This document shows, piece after piece, positions 61,020 through 64,000 of a stretch of DNA of 64,000 nt (positions within the stretch are counted from its first letter, which is position 1; every line of letters starts with the position of its first letter). The DNA is from Planctomycetota bacterium. GTDB taxonomy: Bacteria > Planctomycetota > Planctomycetia > JALXBF01. A program made the position numbers and the translations under genes. The notes beneath the pieces are model-generated. The model was not told the DNA's origin. It ran no database searches and saw nothing but the letters and a program-made list of their open reading frames with translations. The stretch is taken from contig JALXBF010000116.1 of assembly GCA_026991575.1 (NCBI GenBank), forward strand, positions 1 to 64,000. Direction: 5' to 3'.

Positions 61020-62120
61020 ATGAATGCTCCGCTGAAGGCATCCCAGGGCAGCCAACTCAAGCAGCAACTGGACGACATCCTGCGCCGCTACCGCGAGCTT
61101 GAGCGTCAGCTGGTTGATCCGGACGTTGTGGGGGATCCGCAGCGGGTCGCGGCTGTGACGCGCGAGCACGGCCAGCTGGCTCGCATCGCGCGCCGGTACG
61201 AGCAATACCTGGAGGCCACGAAGCAGGCGCGCGAGGCGAAGGAGATGATCGAGCTGGAGGACGACGAGGAACTGGTCACGTACGCCAAGAGCGAGCTGCA
61301 ACGGCTCGAGCAGGAGCGTCGCCAGCTCTGGCACGAGCTACGGAAGATGCTCTCCGGCGGCGATCTTGCCCGCACCAACAGCTTGATTATGGAAATCCGC
61401 GCCGGTACGGGCGGTGAGGAAGCGGCCTTGTTTGCCCGCGATCTGTTCAACATGTACCAGAAGTACGCTGCCAAGAAGGGCTGGAAGATTGAGGTGATGG
61501 ATGTCAGCACAAGCGACCGGGGCGGGTTCAAGGAGGTGATCTTCTCGGTCTCCGGCGACGGCGTCTACCAGCACCTGCAATTCGAAGCCGGCGGCCACCG
61601 GGTACAGCGGGTACCGGAGACGGAGGCTCAGGGGCGGATTCACACCTCGGCAGCCACGGTGGCTGTCCTGCCCGAACCAGACGAGATTGAGGTCGAGATC
61701 CGACCTGAGGACCTGCGCATCGATACCATGCGCTCGGGCGGCCCCGGCGGTCAGCACCAGAATAAGACCGAAAGTGGTGTCCGAATCACTCACCTGCCCA
61801 CCGGCATCGTCGTCAACTGTCGCGACGAGAAAAGCCAGCACAAGAACCGGGCCAAGGCCATGCGTGTGCTCCGGTCCCGGCTGTACGAACTGCAGCGTAA
61901 GCAGGCTGAGGCCGAACGGGCCAGCTCGCGGCGACAACAGATCGGCAGCGGAGACCGGTCCGAGCGGATCCGGACGTACAACTTTCCCCAGAATCGCGTC
62001 ACCGACCATCGCATCGGCCTGACGCTGTACAAGCTCGATTCAATCATGGACGGTGACCTGGATGAGCTGATCGACGCGCTGTTGGCGCCGAGCGAAGACG
62101 AGGAAGTACCGGAGCTGTGA
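61020..62120 (+). CDS. prfA: Peptide chain release factor 1
   Basis: [21 protein letters not shown] (PxT), GPGGQ, RTYNFPQ.RVTDHR. Confidence 0.97.
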   Translation: MNAPLKASQGSQLKQQLDDILRRYRELERQLVDPDVVGDPQRVAAVTREHGQLARIARRYEQYLEATKQAREAKEMIELEDDEELVTYAKSELQRLEQERRQLWHELRKMLSGGDLARTNSLIMEIRAGTGGEEAALFARDLFNMYQKYAAKKGWKIEVMDVSTSDRGGFKEVIFSVSGDGVYQHLQFEAGGHRVQRVPETEAQGRIHTSAATVAVLPEPDEIEVEIRPEDLRIDTMRSGGPGGQHQNKTESGVRITHLPTGIVVNCRDEKSQHKNRAKAMRVLRSRLYELQRKQAEAERASSRRQQIGSGDRSERIRTYNFPQNRVTDHRIGLTLYKLDSIMDGDLDELIDALLAPSEDEEVPEL

Positions 62121-62145
62121 GCCGTCGGTGACTCGCGCAGATCGC

Positions 62146-63054
62146 ATGCCACAAGCAGAGCGTCAGCCCCCCTCGGAGCCGCAGGGCGACCGCCAGACGT
62201 GGACGGTCGGACGGTTGCTCCAGTGGACCGTAGGCTACTTCACATCGAAGGGGATAGAGTTCCCGCGTCTGGACGCGGAGGTCCTACTGGCCGACGCCCT
62301 CGGATGCGCCCGCATTGAGCTGTACGTCAACTTCGACAAGCCGGTAACAGCCGCTGAGCGTGCCCGCTTCCGCGACTACGTCCGCCGCCGGGCAGCAGGC
62401 GAACCGGTAGCGTACATCGTCGGGCGGAAAGAGTTCTACGGCTTGGAGTTCGCGGTCGGTCCTGAGGTACTGATCCCGCGGCCTGATTCGGAGTTCGTGG
62501 TCATGACCTACCTGGAACACTTTCGCAGACGACCGCGGGCCCTGGTCATCGACGTCGGTACCGGCTCGGGAAACCTGGCCGTTGCCATCGCTCACGAACA
62601 TCCTGGCGCGCGGGTCATCGCCACCGACATCAGCGAGCCGGCCTTGCGTCTGGCAGCGCGGAACGCCGCACGTCACGGCGTGGCCGCCCGGGTGAGCCTG
62701 GTGAGGTGCGATCTGTTATCTGCAGTGCGGCCCGAACCGCTCGCGGACGCCATCGTCACCAACCCGCCGTACATCCCTACGGACAACATCCGCAGCCTTG
62801 AGCCCGGTGTCCGCGACTACGAACCGCATGTCGCTTTGAACGGCGGTCCGAGCGGATTGGACGTGGTCCGACGCCTCATCTCCGAAGCCATCCCACGACT
62901 GAAGCTTGGCGGCATGCTAATCGTGGAAATCGGCGCCCAGCAGGAAGAGCCAGTGCGTCGCCTGATGATCGAAACCGACCGGCTCGATGTCCTGCCCACC
63001 GTCTACGACTACGCTCGCCACCCTCGGGTCGTCGCCGGGCGGCGAGATGCGTAA
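62146..63054 (+). CDS. prmC: Release factor glutamine methyltransferase
   Basis: RRAAGEPVAYI.G, VLIPRP, DVGTGSG, NPPY, EP..AL.GG..GL. Confidence 0.96.
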   Translation: MPQAERQPPSEPQGDRQTWTVGRLLQWTVGYFTSKGIEFPRLDAEVLLADALGCARIELYVNFDKPVTAAERARFRDYVRRRAAGEPVAYIVGRKEFYGLEFAVGPEVLIPRPDSEFVVMTYLEHFRRRPRALVIDVGTGSGNLAVAIAHEHPGARVIATDISEPALRLAARNAARHGVAARVSLVRCDLLSAVRPEPLADAIVTNPPYIPTDNIRSLEPGVRDYEPHVALNGGPSGLDVVRRLISEAIPRLKLGGMLIVEIGAQQEEPVRRLMIETDRLDVLPTVYDYARHPRVVAGRRDA

Positions 63055-63063
63055 CGGCAGCCA

Positions 63064-64000
63064 TCACCCTTTGGTGCCCACGTAGTTGACCCCACTGCCG
63101 ATGATCAGGTTGTGTTCGTATGCCCAGCGGTAGAGCCGCCCGGTCTTGAGTGGGCCGAGCCGCCTGAGTTGGTGAAACCCCGCCTCTTCGTACCAGCGTC
63201 GCACCTCCTGTTCTGTGTGGTGGAACTGGTAACGGCAAGCGTACCAGTCATAGTTGTCGCAGACGCGCAGTTCGCGATCGGGATGGTTGGAGAAGTTAAA
63301 CAGCTTGTTCGCTGTGGTCCGAACCAGCGGGATCACGCCCAGAATCGCCAGCCAGTGGCACACGGACTGCAGCGTGGCATCGTCCATGCGAACGGTCAAG
63401 CCGCGCAAGACGTCGTTGATCCCTTCTTGTAGCCAGGTGTTCCGGCGGTACACCCAGACGGCCAACTGGCCGCCGGGGCGCACCACACGGGCCAGCTCGC
63501 GGAACGCCCCGTGTGGATCCGGGCAGTGGTGCAGCACCCCAATGGAGAAAACAAAGTCGAATTCGTCGTCCGGAAACGGCAACGCTAGCAGATCACCCTG
63601 AATAAAGAAGACGTTCCCATGCAGGTGGCACAGCTCGGCGGCCGCGTCTACTGCCCTGCTTCGGTCCACCCCCACCACGTACGCCCCGGCTTCAGCCACC
63701 AGGCGGCTGTAGCGACCGCTGCCACAGCCGGCATCCAGTACCTTCAAGCCCGTCAGCTCTTCGGGCTGGCGGCCGGTCTTGGCGGCAAAAACCACGCGGT
63801 CCTCTTCGGGCCGAGCCACCCGGAAGTGCCGCCACTGCCAGCCGAAGCTCGCCGTGTATGCGTCGTCTTGCACAAACCGCGCCACGCCGCGGTCGACGGG
63901 CACCTCGTGCCCACAGTCTGAGCAGCACAACGTCGCGGTCGTGGGTCGGCCGCTGGGCCCAAAGGCCGTGATCGTCTGCCAGGAAAGCGAATCCCGGCAC
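63064..64000 (-). CDS. Class I SAM-dependent methyltransferase with N-terminal Trm112-like Zn-ribbon (5' end outside window)
   Basis: Frame open to the window edge (C...LCCSDCGHEVPVDRGVARF); SFGWQW, VLDAGCGSGR, FDFVFSIGVLHH. Confidence 0.88.
   Translation of the reverse strand, partial: CRDSLSWQTITAFGPSGRPTTATLCCSDCGHEVPVDRGVARFVQDDAYTASFGWQWRHFRVARPEEDRVVFAAKTGRQPEELTGLKVLDAGCGSGRYSRLVAEAGAYVVGVDRSRAVDAAAELCHLHGNVFFIQGDLLALPFPDDEFDFVFSIGVLHHCPDPHGAFRELARVVRPGGQLAVWVYRRNTWLQEGINDVLRGLTVRMDDATLQSVCHWLAILGVIPLVRTTANKLFNFSNHPDRELRVCDNYDWYACRYQFHHTEQEVRRWYEEAGFHQLRRLGPLKTGRLYRWAYEHNLIIGSGVNYVGTKG

Overview
GC-rich bacterial chromosomal window, almost certainly from a Planctomycetota member. The markers are a DUF1559 prepilin-like gene, LE(E/R)RxLLS export motifs, a TPR-FG-GAP-ASPIC/UnbV lipoprotein and a DUF1573 gene. 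Housekeeping blocks flank an accessory-looking core at about 26-47 kb. These blocks are nusA-infB-DUF503, an inverted rbfA, yebC, trpC, tyrS, tRNA-Gly-tig-clpP-clpP, murA, tilS and rpmE-prfA-prmC. The main finding is in the core: a tandemly duplicated three-gene cassette. Each copy encodes a membrane-anchored Hanks-type Ser/Thr kinase with an unrecognised extracytoplasmic helical domain, an exported protein with six DnaJ-like CxxCxGxG motifs, and an FHA-TM protein ending in an apparently catalytically dead trypsin-like domain. This looks like an undescribed receptor/ligand/co-receptor signalling module. It is followed by an exported hypothetical protein, a structured 840-bp intergenic region, and two paralogous giant integrin-alpha-like (FG-GAP) proteins, one carrying an intact subtilase. 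I saw no CRISPR array, rRNA, transposase or integrase. All calls come from motif recognition by eye; no searches were run.
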